Made by a program: the position numbers and the translations under genes. 64,000 bases of DNA from a virus. The notes beneath the pieces were generated by a model, which saw only the letters and a list, made by a program, of their open reading frames with translations, searched no databases and was not told the DNA's origin. Positions 1 to 8,845 of this stretch are shown one piece after another. The stretch's first letter is position 1; the number at the start of each line of letters is the position of its first letter. The DNA is taken from the IMG/VR virus record IMGVR_UViG_3300045141_000130, positions 1 to 64,000 of that record. One strand, 5' to 3'.

Positions 1-43
1 TCGTTGCAGAACTGAAGCTCCAGGAAGAACTCGGAGTCGTACC

Positions 44-457
44 TCAGCCTGCTTCGATAGGGTTTAGGTCCACCCGGGCATTGCACAGTTCCACGGCCTG
101 CCAGAACAGGGCGGAGACCTCCCCGCGGTTCCAGTTCTCCGCGGTCCACACCTCGGACCAGCCCTTGGCGTCGATGTCCGGCTCGACACACACAGCGGCC
201 AGCAGGGCCGGTGCGAACGTGTCGGTGTTGAACGTGGAGCCGTTGACCTTCTGGTCGCTCGTCGGGGGGTGCTTGGTCAGCAGTGCGTCGTAACGCCTGG
301 ACCCGATCGAGATGAACAGGAAGCTGATGTCCGAGGCGTCCGGCCCGAACGGGGCGGTGAACTCCAGTCGGGTCGGCTTCTTCCCGAGCAGGTCTTCCAG
401 GGTTGCGCGCTTGGGGGTGTCCGACCGTTGTTTGGTCGTCACCTGGGCTGATGCCAT
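44..457 (-). CDS. Tail assembly chaperone, probably with a -1 frameshift extension running off the window
   Basis: Directly downstream of the tail tube gene; 137 aa; ends in an X XXY YYZ heptamer (A AAC CCT) with an open -1 frame. Confidence 0.75.
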   Translation of the reverse strand: MASAQVTTKQRSDTPKRATLEDLLGKKPTRLEFTAPFGPDASDISFLFISIGSRRYDALLTKHPPTSDQKVNGSTFNTDTFAPALLAAVCVEPDIDAKGWSEVWTAENWNRGEVSALFWQAVELCNARVDLNPIEAG

Positions 458-539
458 GGGGTTCCCTTCGATGCCCGACGCGAGACGCGCCGAGCATATC
501 CGGGACTATCTGCACAAAGTCCACACCGGCATCAGGAGA

Positions 540-1004
540 TCAGGTCAGAACCGAGTCCTCGCTCGGTTCGACAGGGACCGAGAACGTGGTGGTGAAGGTC
601 TGCACGGTGTTGTTGGTCATGTTGGAGGCGGTGCGGCTGATCACCCGGATCGGCCAGACCTCCAGCTTGTCGCCCGCCACCGAGGGCTTGCCGCCGTAGC
701 GCGAGACGAACACGCAGCCCTCCGTGGCACGGGGCAGCGTCTCCCAGGCGAGGTCGTCCTCGTCATCCCGATAGGCGTCCAAGGTCGCCGTCGCCGTGGT
801 GGTGCCCGGGATCGAGGTCTCGAACAGGGTGGCGAGACTCGGTGTGGGCAGAGCACTGCCGGTGGCGGAGAAGTTCAGGCCGGAAATGTAGTCGGTCAGG
901 TCGACCGCAGCCGTGACCTCGGAGACCGAGGGCTTCGAGAGGTCGGCAGGGACCGTGGGCGAGAACCCGATGTAGCTGTTCTCGTTCGGGATGAAGCGGG
1001 ACAT
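540..1004 (-). CDS. Major tail (tube) protein
   Basis: 154 aa, Thr/Ser-rich, VDLTDYISG...TPSLATLFETSIPG resembles actinophage tail tube proteins; synteny after head-tail genes. Confidence 0.8.
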   Translation of the reverse strand: MSRFIPNENSYIGFSPTVPADLSKPSVSEVTAAVDLTDYISGLNFSATGSALPTPSLATLFETSIPGTTTATATLDAYRDDEDDLAWETLPRATEGCVFVSRYGGKPSVAGDKLEVWPIRVISRTASNMTNNTVQTFTTTFSVPVEPSEDSVLT

Positions 1005-1024
1005 TGTCTACTCCTCGCTCTGGG

Positions 1025-1261
1025 CTAGCCTGCTGAGTCCAGTGTCTCGGCGCTGTCACTACGCGCCGAGACCCGCTTCACCGGCGCCTTGGCAGCCTTT
1101 TTGGCGGTCGACGTCGGTGCCACCCGCTTCACCGGGGCCTTCTTGGCGGGCTTCTCCTTGGCCAGCGACCAGCCGTTGCGCTCCCAGGCCTCCAGCGAGG
1201 ACTCGTTGACGACGCCCTTCTCGCCGTTGGGACCGACGATGTGGACGGTGGGGATTGCCAT
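1025..1261 (-). CDS. Small basic hypothetical protein (MAIPTVHIVG..., AKK/PVK-rich tail)
   Basis: ATG overlaps the upstream stop (TGATG) with a GGAA-type RBS; real start is internal to the ORF-track call 1025..1783. Confidence 0.65.
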   Translation of the reverse strand: MAIPTVHIVGPNGEKGVVNESSLEAWERNGWSLAKEKPAKKAPVKRVAPTSTAKKAAKAPVKRVSARSDSAETLDSAG

Positions 1262-1719
1262 CACAGTTCCTTTCCGATCCAGACGGTGAGCCCGTCCTGT
1301 TGATGCCAAAACGGCGGGTTGGTGACGCTGATGCGCTGCGGCTGCCCGATGCTGTCGTGGCGCACCTGGATGATTTTGTAGTCGCTGACGCCCAGTTGGA
1401 TCTTGGTGAACCGCAGCGAGTCCACCGCCCCGCGCAACGTGTCGGCAGTCCAGCTGCACTGGTCGCGGCGGATGCCGAAGCACTCCACCATGTACGGCAT
1501 CCGCCAGTCGGCCTGACTGTCGGACAGCGGGCCGTCGGAGCGGTCCGCTGTGAGTTCGGAGAGCACCGCGAACGGCTCGTAGGTGGCGCCGGGCAGGTTC
1601 GGCTGCCCGATCCAGGAGGCGTCCGGCAGTTCCCCGTCGCCGACGTCCGGCAGCAGGTCCCGCAGGGCGGTCAGCACCGCCGCAGTCAGCGGGGAGCGGG
1701 CCAGGGTGGTGGCCATCAA
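1261..1719 (-). CDS. Tail terminator / tail completion protein
   Basis: 152 aa, position just before the tail tube gene, coupled start/stop overlaps. Confidence 0.65.
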   Translation of the reverse strand: MMATTLARSPLTAAVLTALRDLLPDVGDGELPDASWIGQPNLPGATYEPFAVLSELTADRSDGPLSDSQADWRMPYMVECFGIRRDQCSWTADTLRGAVDSLRFTKIQLGVSDYKIIQVRHDSIGQPQRISVTNPPFWHQQDGLTVWIGKEL

Positions 1720-1976
1720 TGCCCCGCCAGCTTGTCGACGACCTCGTCGGCCATTGACTGCGCCATGGCGTTGGCGATGACACTTGCGGTGTCGGTGGTG
1801 GGCTGGGTGAACGTCCGGCCCGAGAGCGCCTGCCGCAGGGCGGGCCCCGCCTTATAGGGCACCGCCGAGCCGGTTGACTCCATGGCCTTGCCCTGCGCGA
1901 TGGCGTCCGACTTGGCCCGCGCTGCTATGCCGCCGGACAGCTGCAGATCCTTGATCAGGTCTTCGAGATCGTTCAT
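1716..1976 (-). CDS. Head-tail morphogenesis protein (putative)
   Basis: MNDLEDLIKDL start overlapping the upstream stop; synteny between stopper and terminator. Confidence 0.55.
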   Translation of the reverse strand: MNDLEDLIKDLQLSGGIAARAKSDAIAQGKAMESTGSAVPYKAGPALRQALSGRTFTQPTTDTASVIANAMAQSMADEVVDKLAGH

Positions 1977-2431
1977 GGCGTGTACCCCGTGCCCTTGCCG
2001 GTCCAGTACTCGCTGTACCCCCAGGCGACGCACTGCATCCGGCGGGCATCGCCGAACAGGCCGCCGCCCTCCACCTCGATGACGCGCAGCGCCACCCCGT
2101 TCATGGTCTGGTCGGCCCCGCCGTCCACCACTTCGATGACGTCGTCCTGCTGTGGCAGCGGCGAGGACCAGGGGATGGAGACGGTGACGGCCCGCTGGTC
2201 GAACTCGCCCGGACCCACCGAGATGCTGCCCTGCCCGGACACCAGGTGCAGGCGGGCGATGCCGGTGTAGACCTCGGTGGCCCCGGCCATGCCGGACACC
2301 ACACCGGTGGCCGGGTTCAGCGCGCCCCGCCCGCCGCGGCGGATGGTGACCTGGCCGTCCATGTTGGATTCGGTGAAGGCCCGGACGTGACGGCGGGCGT
2401 CGTCGAGCAGGAACGTGCCGGGCCCGGTCAT
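1973..2431 (-). CDS. Head-to-tail stopper
   Basis: 152 aa beta-rich (VTIRR...NPATG...VYTGIARL...DDVIEVV), typical position. Confidence 0.7.
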   Translation of the reverse strand: MTGPGTFLLDDARRHVRAFTESNMDGQVTIRRGGRGALNPATGVVSGMAGATEVYTGIARLHLVSGQGSISVGPGEFDQRAVTVSIPWSSPLPQQDDVIEVVDGGADQTMNGVALRVIEVEGGGLFGDARRMQCVAWGYSEYWTGKGTGYTP

Positions 2432-2943
2432 GGCGACTGCTCGATGTCTCCGTTGTTGGGCCCGTAGTAGCCGCCAGCGCCCGAGTAGAAGTACTCGGCG
2501 TTCCAGCCGCCGTCCTGACGGAAGGCCTCCGGGTTGTCGTTCATGCCGACACCGAAGTTCGGCGGGTCCACACCCGGCGGGGGACCCTCGTTGGCGAGGA
2601 TGCCGCCCACGTAGGGGAAGGCACCGGCCTCGGTGAGACGCTTCTCCGTCTTGCGCAACTCGGCCGCCAGGGCGTTGTAACGCTGCTGCAGCTGATCGCC
2701 GGAGTAGGACACGCCGTCGGCGTTGATGTTGACCCAGCCGACGTACTTGGCGGCGATCATGTCGCAGCAGGCCGCGGCGATCAGCACCGGCGACACGGTG
2801 GTGTTACCGCTGGAGTCGTTCTCGTAGAAGCTGATGACGTAGGTGATCTCGGGGTCCGACAGGAACGGCGTCGCGCCGGTGTCCTGCGCCCAGAACCGAA
2901 CCGCGTCGAGTTCGGAGTCGGAGGGGTCGCCGCTGTACGGCAT
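2428..2943 (-). CDS. Head-to-tail adaptor
   Basis: YSGDP...LDAVRFWAQDT...LSDPEI motif typical of actinophage adaptors. Confidence 0.75.
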   Translation of the reverse strand: MPYSGDPSDSELDAVRFWAQDTGATPFLSDPEITYVISFYENDSSGNTTVSPVLIAAACCDMIAAKYVGWVNINADGVSYSGDQLQQRYNALAAELRKTEKRLTEAGAFPYVGGILANEGPPPGVDPPNFGVGMNDNPEAFRQDGGWNAEYFYSGAGGYYGPNNGDIEQSP

Positions 2944-3296
2944 CAGCCCTCCAGCGGCTCGGGAAGCTCGACGAGGATGGGCTCCTTACGGGCACGCCGC
3001 ACACGGGGTGCCGGGGCGGGCTCGGCCTCGGAGGGCTCCTGCATCACCGTCGCCTCGGAGGCGGGCGGGTCGTAGGCCGCGACACCCAGCTGGGCGTAGA
3101 TCGCGTCGGCCTGCTCCGGGCAGTACTTCTGGACGGCGGCCGACAGGTCCTTGAGGGTGGTGTCGACCTCGACCATCTCCCCGGCCCGGACCAGGGACTC
3201 CACCAGTCGCCAGGTGTGCGCCTCGGGTACCGGCTCCCCCGGCTCCCGGTACGTCGTACCGATCAGCAACCGGCGGCGAGCCTCGTAGCTTCTCAC
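2943..3296 (-). CDS. Hypothetical virion-associated protein
   Basis: GGAGG RBS before GTG; directly after the capsid gene. Confidence 0.6.
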   Translation of the reverse strand: MRSYEARRRLLIGTTYREPGEPVPEAHTWRLVESLVRAGEMVEVDTTLKDLSAAVQKYCPEQADAIYAQLGVAAYDPPASEATVMQEPSEAEPAPAPRVRRARKEPILVELPEPLEG

Positions 3297-3372
3297 CGGT
3301 ACCTCCTTTGGCGCACTCCGGGCCGCGGCCTCCCCGAGGGGGAGAAGGACGCGGCCCGGGGTACGTGCTGAG

Positions 3373-4374
3373 TCAGGAGACGACGCTGTTGTAGAAGATG
3401 CCGCAGTCCCGGCTGACCTGCTTCAAGGCGTATGCGGCCTCGCCCTCGATCCGGTCCGACTTGATCTTCGGGTCGTAGAAGTTGGACATCGAGAGCCCGG
3501 CGCCGTTGCCTGCGCCATATCCGCGCCAGTTGAACGTGTAGCCCGCGCTGGGTTCCAGCAGGGACGGACGGTCCGGCGCGTAGCCGATCAGCATCGACTT
3601 GCTGTTCAGGATGAAGCTGTAGGTCGCGGCGGCGTCCTGCGCCTTCGCGTCCGGGATCTTCGGCCCGGTGGCCTGGGATGAGTAGGCGATGTAGAGCTTC
3701 GGGATGCCCAGGAACTCCGCCACCAGGTCCTGCGTGACGACGCCCTTCTGGGTGTACTTGATCCTGTCCAGGATCGCCGGGTGGTTCTGTAGCGCCTTCC
3801 ACACATCGGTGCCGAGCACCCCGAAGGAGACGCCGCGGCCCACCGACAGGCGGAAGGCGATCAGCCACGCGGTGGAGTCCTTCAGCGGGTCCGAGGAGGC
3901 CTGGTCCCACTGGACGAACTGGCCTGCCGTGGGGGCTGTAGTTACACCCGTGTACTCCAGGCCCCACACCCCGGTCTTGAAGAAGGTGCTGGCCCACAGC
4001 TGGTCCTTCTGCCGCAGCAGATGCTGCGTGACCAGGCGGGAGGCGTCCGAGTCCAGGTTCCAGTTGCTGTCCGCATTGGCCCTGGTCTGCGCGTCGATGT
4101 CGACGTGCGCGGCGTAGACGTCGCAGTAGAAGTTGTCGGTCTGGTTGGACCAGCCGATCCCAGCCGACTCGGTGCCAGGGGCACGCTTCTCGGCGTCGCT
4201 GCGCCGCCAGTCGGACTTCGAGTACTTCCAGAACACGTCCGAGCGCTTGTCGACCGGCAGGGCCGGAAAGACCTTGTCGGCGATGAAGTCGTTCGTGTCC
4301 TGGAAATAGGCGACCGAGACACCGGTCAGCGCACCGTCGATGTGGAGGTCTGGCCCTCCGGGCGTCATAGGCAT
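3373..4374 (-). CDS. Major capsid protein
   Basis: 333 aa; LHIDGALTGVSVAY...FIADKVFPALPV...RAPGTES typical of capsid-E-like HK97-fold proteins. Confidence 0.9.
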   Translation of the reverse strand: MPMTPGGPDLHIDGALTGVSVAYFQDTNDFIADKVFPALPVDKRSDVFWKYSKSDWRRSDAEKRAPGTESAGIGWSNQTDNFYCDVYAAHVDIDAQTRANADSNWNLDSDASRLVTQHLLRQKDQLWASTFFKTGVWGLEYTGVTTAPTAGQFVQWDQASSDPLKDSTAWLIAFRLSVGRGVSFGVLGTDVWKALQNHPAILDRIKYTQKGVVTQDLVAEFLGIPKLYIAYSSQATGPKIPDAKAQDAAATYSFILNSKSMLIGYAPDRPSLLEPSAGYTFNWRGYGAGNGAGLSMSNFYDPKIKSDRIEGEAAYALKQVSRDCGIFYNSVVS

Positions 4375-4387
4375 GTCGGGCTACCTC

Positions 4388-4798
4388 TCAGATCCTGATC
4401 AGCACGGCGGCGAGGGCACCGGCGGCGCCCGCTTCGATGCAGGTCCCGAGGATCGTGTCGGTGCCCGGCGTCCCGACAATCCCGTTGCCGCTCGCGTCGG
4501 ACTTGACCGGGTTCCCAGCGACCAGACCGCCCGCCCCGGCCATCAACAGGGTGACCCCCGAAATGGCGATGCTGGATGCCTCGCCGACCTTCTGCGGCTT
4601 GTTCTGCAGTACCCCGATCGCGTCGCCACCGGCGGCGGAAACGGAGCCTGCGATGTGGCTGCCGGTCACCTTCACGAAGGTGAACTGCTTGCCGAAGTTC
4701 GGGTCGGTGGACCCGGCCATGCCGGGAACGCCGGTGCGAATGCCGATGGAGGCATCGGCATCCAGCGAGATCCGGCGCTGGGTTTCGTCGTAGGCCAT
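4388..4798 (-). CDS. Capsid decoration / cement protein
   Basis: 136 aa Gly/Ala-rich, AIGVLQNKP...G..VKSDASG motif, immediately upstream of the capsid gene. Confidence 0.75.
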   Translation of the reverse strand: MAYDETQRRISLDADASIGIRTGVPGMAGSTDPNFGKQFTFVKVTGSHIAGSVSAAGGDAIGVLQNKPQKVGEASSIAISGVTLLMAGAGGLVAGNPVKSDASGNGIVGTPGTDTILGTCIEAGAAGALAAVLIRI

Positions 4799-4809
4799 GA
4801 CTCAGCTCC

Positions 4810-5637
4810 TCAGCGGTTTCGCTCTGACCGGTAGGCGTCGTACGCCTCCGGGTTGCTGTCGAAGAAGGCCGAGATGGCCCCGGCCTTGGAGAGCCCGCCG
4901 TCGGACTTGGAGACCTGCTCGTCCAGGAAGGCGTCGATCTGTGAGATCGGGTCGTCCGGGATGCCGGAGGAGTCGAAACCGGCCTCCATGTAAAGCATCT
5001 CGCCCGCGGCGGCCAGCGCCTTGTGGATGACGGCGCAGTCGTCGTAGGACATGACCTCGGCCATGCGCATGATGACGGGGCCGAGTTCCTCCGGGTCGAT
5101 CGGCACGTTGTACTCGGCCGCCTTGGAGATGTACTCCCGCTGGAGGCGGAGGTCCCGCTCGCTCTTGGCGATCTCGGTTGCGTGGTTCAGCTGCGCCTCG
5201 GCGTACTCGGCACGCTTGCTCAGCGTGCTGAACGCCTTGGACAGCACCGCATCCCGGTCGTCCTCGCTGACCGCCTTGGCGAGTTCGGAGCGGATCCCGG
5301 CGACTACCGGGTCGAAGCCGAATGCCGACTTGCCGACCGCCACCAGTTCCCCGTCCTCGTCTTCGACGAGGTACTCGTCCTCGTCCCCGTCACCGTCGTC
5401 GTCTTCCTCGAAGACGATCTGGTACTGGTTGCCGTCCTCGTCCTCGATGACGTCACCCTCATCGAAATCGCTCAGGTCGACGGGGTTTCCGTACTCGTCG
5501 TAGAACTCCTCGTCCATCCCTACCTCCGAGTCGGCGCGCTTGGCGATCACGATCGCTGCCGGTGGGCAGGCTGCCCGATCGACGAGAGAGATCTCGTCAA
5601 TCTCCATGTCCTTGACTATCTGGACTGGCCGCGGCAT
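4810..5637 (-). CDS. Capsid scaffolding protein with N-terminal protease-like EISLVD segment
   Basis: GGAGG RBS; acidic linker and helical C-terminus; DMEIDEISLVDRAA at the N-terminus; synteny. Confidence 0.7.
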   Translation of the reverse strand: MPRPVQIVKDMEIDEISLVDRAACPPAAIVIAKRADSEVGMDEEFYDEYGNPVDLSDFDEGDVIEDEDGNQYQIVFEEDDDGDGDEDEYLVEDEDGELVAVGKSAFGFDPVVAGIRSELAKAVSEDDRDAVLSKAFSTLSKRAEYAEAQLNHATEIAKSERDLRLQREYISKAAEYNVPIDPEELGPVIMRMAEVMSYDDCAVIHKALAAAGEMLYMEAGFDSSGIPDDPISQIDAFLDEQVSKSDGGLSKAGAISAFFDSNPEAYDAYRSERNR

Positions 5638-5693
5638 CTGTTCGCCTCCTTGGTTCAAGTCTCAGAGGCTTCGCAACACGCAGGGAAACGACT

Positions 5694-6818
5694 TCAGTTG
5701 TTGCGACGGCTCGCGCCGTACGCGGCACCACCACCGGCCAGACCGGCGCCACCGGCGCCGTACAGGACCGGCTTCACGCCGGGCACATGCGTGTACTGGC
5801 GGGCCAGTCCGCCCATGGCGCGCACGCTGTCGCCAGCGGTGTTCAACTGCCCGGCAGCCTTCGCACCACCGACGTAGGCGTTGGTGGTGGCACCCAGACG
5901 GCCCGGCATCTGCTTCAGGGTGGGCACGATCGCCTTCGCCCTGGCCTTCAACGGGCCTCCCACGTCGCCCGCGACCTTCTTACCGGCGCCGACCAGCGGC
6001 TTGAGCAGGTCGCCACCCACGCCCTTCTTGACCTGGCGGTTGTGGTAGGCGGCGTAGCCACCTGCGCCACCGGCCGCCGCGGCTGCGCCACCGGCGGTGT
6101 ACAGGGCGGGCTTCACGCCGGGGACCTGCAGGGCCTGACGTCCGGCGTAACCGGCGGTCCGGACAGCGGCGCCCGGGGTTTCCATCCGTCCGGCCTTCTC
6201 CTCCCCGCGCACCGCGGCGTTGACCGTCCTGCCGACACGTCCCGGCATGGCGCGAACATCCCTGACCGCGCCACGGAGGGCATTCGGCACCTGCCGGTGC
6301 TTCCCGCCGCCCCGGAGTTCTGCAGCGGCGCTCCGGCCGACCACGCGGGCCTTCCTGGCCGCGACACGGGCGGGACGGGTGAGCGGCCGAACCAGATCGC
6401 CCGCCGCCGACTTGAAGATCCGGTCGTCTTCGACGCCGAACGCGCTCTTTGCCATGCCGTTTGCCTCTCCGCTCGGGTGTGACTTGTGCCAAGCCGTGAT
6501 GGCGCCCGCTGCGCCCCCGGCGACGCCGATGGTTCCTGCTGCAACGGCGCCCAACTTGCCGTGGATGCGAGCACCTTCGTGACGCGAGATGTCCTTGATC
6601 GCCTGCCGTGAGGCAGCCAGGTTCTTGGGCTGCTGCCACACCTTCCAGGTGCGCTTCGGCTGGGGCATCGAAGACCGGATTTTCTGCGCCGCCTGGCCGT
6701 GATGCCGGGCGTACAGCGCCGCACCGGTCGCGCCTGCCGCACCTGCCGCGCCTGCACCGGCGCCGCCGTACTCGATGTCCTGGTCGGTGATGGCCTTGTA
6801 GACCTGGTAGACAGCCAT
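5694..6818 (-). CDS. Basic Gly/Ala-rich head-associated protein with hydrophobic segments
   Basis: GAGGAG RBS; two internally similar modules; KSAFGVED motif shared with neighbours. Confidence 0.65.
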   Translation of the reverse strand: MAVYQVYKAITDQDIEYGGAGAGAAGAAGATGAALYARHHGQAAQKIRSSMPQPKRTWKVWQQPKNLAASRQAIKDISRHEGARIHGKLGAVAAGTIGVAGGAAGAITAWHKSHPSGEANGMAKSAFGVEDDRIFKSAAGDLVRPLTRPARVAARKARVVGRSAAAELRGGGKHRQVPNALRGAVRDVRAMPGRVGRTVNAAVRGEEKAGRMETPGAAVRTAGYAGRQALQVPGVKPALYTAGGAAAAAGGAGGYAAYHNRQVKKGVGGDLLKPLVGAGKKVAGDVGGPLKARAKAIVPTLKQMPGRLGATTNAYVGGAKAAGQLNTAGDSVRAMGGLARQYTHVPGVKPVLYGAGGAGLAGGGAAYGASRRNN

Positions 6819-6829
6819 GGCGACTCCTC

Positions 6830-8845
6830 TCAGTAGACGTAGCTGGCGCCGCTGGTGCGGTCGCGTTCGTGGAGCCCGTAGGCGGTGGCCCCCAGGGCGG
6901 CAGCAGCGGCTCCGGCCCCCAGGGCACCGCCGCGCAGCTTGCGGGCGGCGGTGAGCGACCTGCGGGATGCGTTTCCGGCCCTGACGGCGGCTTCGTGTGC
7001 GGTGATGTTGCCTTTGAGGTGGCCCTGGCCGGGGAGCTTGCCCGCGGGCACAGGTGGCGTCTTCTGCTTGAAGGTCGCCATCTGCCGTCCCTGACGGCGT
7101 GTCAGTACGGCGTTTTCGTGCCTTTCGACCTTCGCCTGGCCGGTGCCCAGGATGTGCTTCGACCTGCTGGCCGCACCCAGGCCGATCCCGGCGGACCCGG
7201 CCACCGCCGCACCGCCCGCAGCCGCACCCGAGTACAGGTTCTGGCGGCGGTGCCGCTGCGTCTCCGGGTCGTAGGCCTTCTGCACCCCCTGGGGTGACCT
7301 TCTGTTCTCCCAGGAGATCTGATTGCGCCGGACCCTCGTCGCAATCCGCGTCAGCTTGCCAGGGTCGGGCTTCAGGTGACCTTGCTTCACGTTGTGCTGC
7401 AGCCCCATCAGCGCACCGAAGGTTCCACCACCGGCGCCCAGGGCGGCGGCCGACGGTGCGAACCTGCCCCTACTCAAGGCCATCCCGGCCGCAGTACCGG
7501 CGAGGCCACCCAGCGCCGCCCCGCCGCCCTCGTTGGCAGCGGCCCGGAGCTTGTGTCCCGGCTTTCCAGCGACGGCGCCATGGATTGCGGGGAAGCTGGC
7601 CGCCGTGTAGATCCGTCCCGGGCTCGCCTCGCCCCGTGAGGGGATCGGCTTGCGCTCCTCGTCGGTGACCGGACCCGACGCCTTGCCAACTACCTTCCTG
7701 TCCTGCGCCTCCCCTGCTCGCCGCAGGTGCCTGCGCTGCACGGCGGCACCGCCCCGGCGGGCGCCTGCGTAGGTGGCACCCGTCAGGGCCGCACCGGCGA
7801 GACCGGCACCGATCGCCGCCTGGCGCTTCGTGGGCACCAAGGCGTTGATCTTGCCGGTCGTCTCGGAGAGGTTCCTGGCGCTGTCCTCGGCGTGCTGTCC
7901 GGCCGCCTCGGCGTGCTGTGCGGCCGACGCCGAGGCCCTCTCCGCATGGGCGGTGACCTGGCGGACGTTGCCGTAGATGCCTTTGCCCGGGAACTTCCAG
8001 GCCTTGGCGAGCCGGATGTCTTCGACGCCGAACGCAGACTTGACCATCGGGATGTTGCTCCCCTGTAGCTGGTTGCGGATGTGCTTCTGGGCGCGGGGGA
8101 TCACACCTCTGGCATGCCAGTCCTGGGCGAGTCCGGCACCGGCGGCAAGCAGGCCGCCCGCGGCGAGCACGGCACCGGCCTTCCCTGCGGTGTGCTCGAA
8201 CCTCTCCGCCCGGCGGGTCACCTTGGCCGCATGCTCCGCCTCGGTGAGCTTTCCGCTCTTGGGGGTGACCAGGCCGACCGTGCCGGGGGCCATCTCCTTC
8301 CCGCGGGTGGCGATCAGGGCGCCGACACCGGCGGTGGCCAGTCCGGCCTTCTCGCGGTTGCGCCCCCTACGGGCCGCACGGTTGTCGCCGGGGTAGTCGT
8401 AGTCGGCCGGGCGGAGGGAAGGGATCTCATCGCCCTTGCTGACGGCCTTGGGGGCGTTTCCGGCGGCCAGGCCTTCCACGTACTGACGGTGCTGCTTGAC
8501 GTCGAACAGGACCCCCTCGTTGTGGGCCGCCGTCTGGGCTCTGCCGACATGGTGCGCCATGTGCACCAGACCACCCGCGGCGAGCGCCCCGCCGCCCATC
8601 ACGCCCGCCATACCGGCGCGGGGGAGGTGGTACAGCGTCAGGCCGCTGCCACCGGCGATCAGACCACCGGCAACAACCGCGGCGCGACCCTGCTTCGCCT
8701 TCTTCGTGTGGTACTGGCGCGACACGTCGGCCGTCTTGATGGCGCGGTTCAGGCCTGCCGAGGTGTTCAGGGTGTTGATGTCGATGTCGCTGTTCGGAGC
8801 CTTCTTGGAGAGGTCGTTGCGTTCCACGCCGAAAGCGTCACGCAT
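6830..8845 (-). CDS. Basic Gly/Ala-rich head-associated modular protein
   Basis: AAGGA RBS before MRDAFGVE; modules separated by VxK(A/S/G) motifs. Confidence 0.65.
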   Translation of the reverse strand: MRDAFGVERNDLSKKAPNSDIDINTLNTSAGLNRAIKTADVSRQYHTKKAKQGRAAVVAGGLIAGGSGLTLYHLPRAGMAGVMGGGALAAGGLVHMAHHVGRAQTAAHNEGVLFDVKQHRQYVEGLAAGNAPKAVSKGDEIPSLRPADYDYPGDNRAARRGRNREKAGLATAGVGALIATRGKEMAPGTVGLVTPKSGKLTEAEHAAKVTRRAERFEHTAGKAGAVLAAGGLLAAGAGLAQDWHARGVIPRAQKHIRNQLQGSNIPMVKSAFGVEDIRLAKAWKFPGKGIYGNVRQVTAHAERASASAAQHAEAAGQHAEDSARNLSETTGKINALVPTKRQAAIGAGLAGAALTGATYAGARRGGAAVQRRHLRRAGEAQDRKVVGKASGPVTDEERKPIPSRGEASPGRIYTAASFPAIHGAVAGKPGHKLRAAANEGGGAALGGLAGTAAGMALSRGRFAPSAAALGAGGGTFGALMGLQHNVKQGHLKPDPGKLTRIATRVRRNQISWENRRSPQGVQKAYDPETQRHRRQNLYSGAAAGGAAVAGSAGIGLGAASRSKHILGTGQAKVERHENAVLTRRQGRQMATFKQKTPPVPAGKLPGQGHLKGNITAHEAAVRAGNASRRSLTAARKLRGGALGAGAAAAALGATAYGLHERDRTSGASYVY

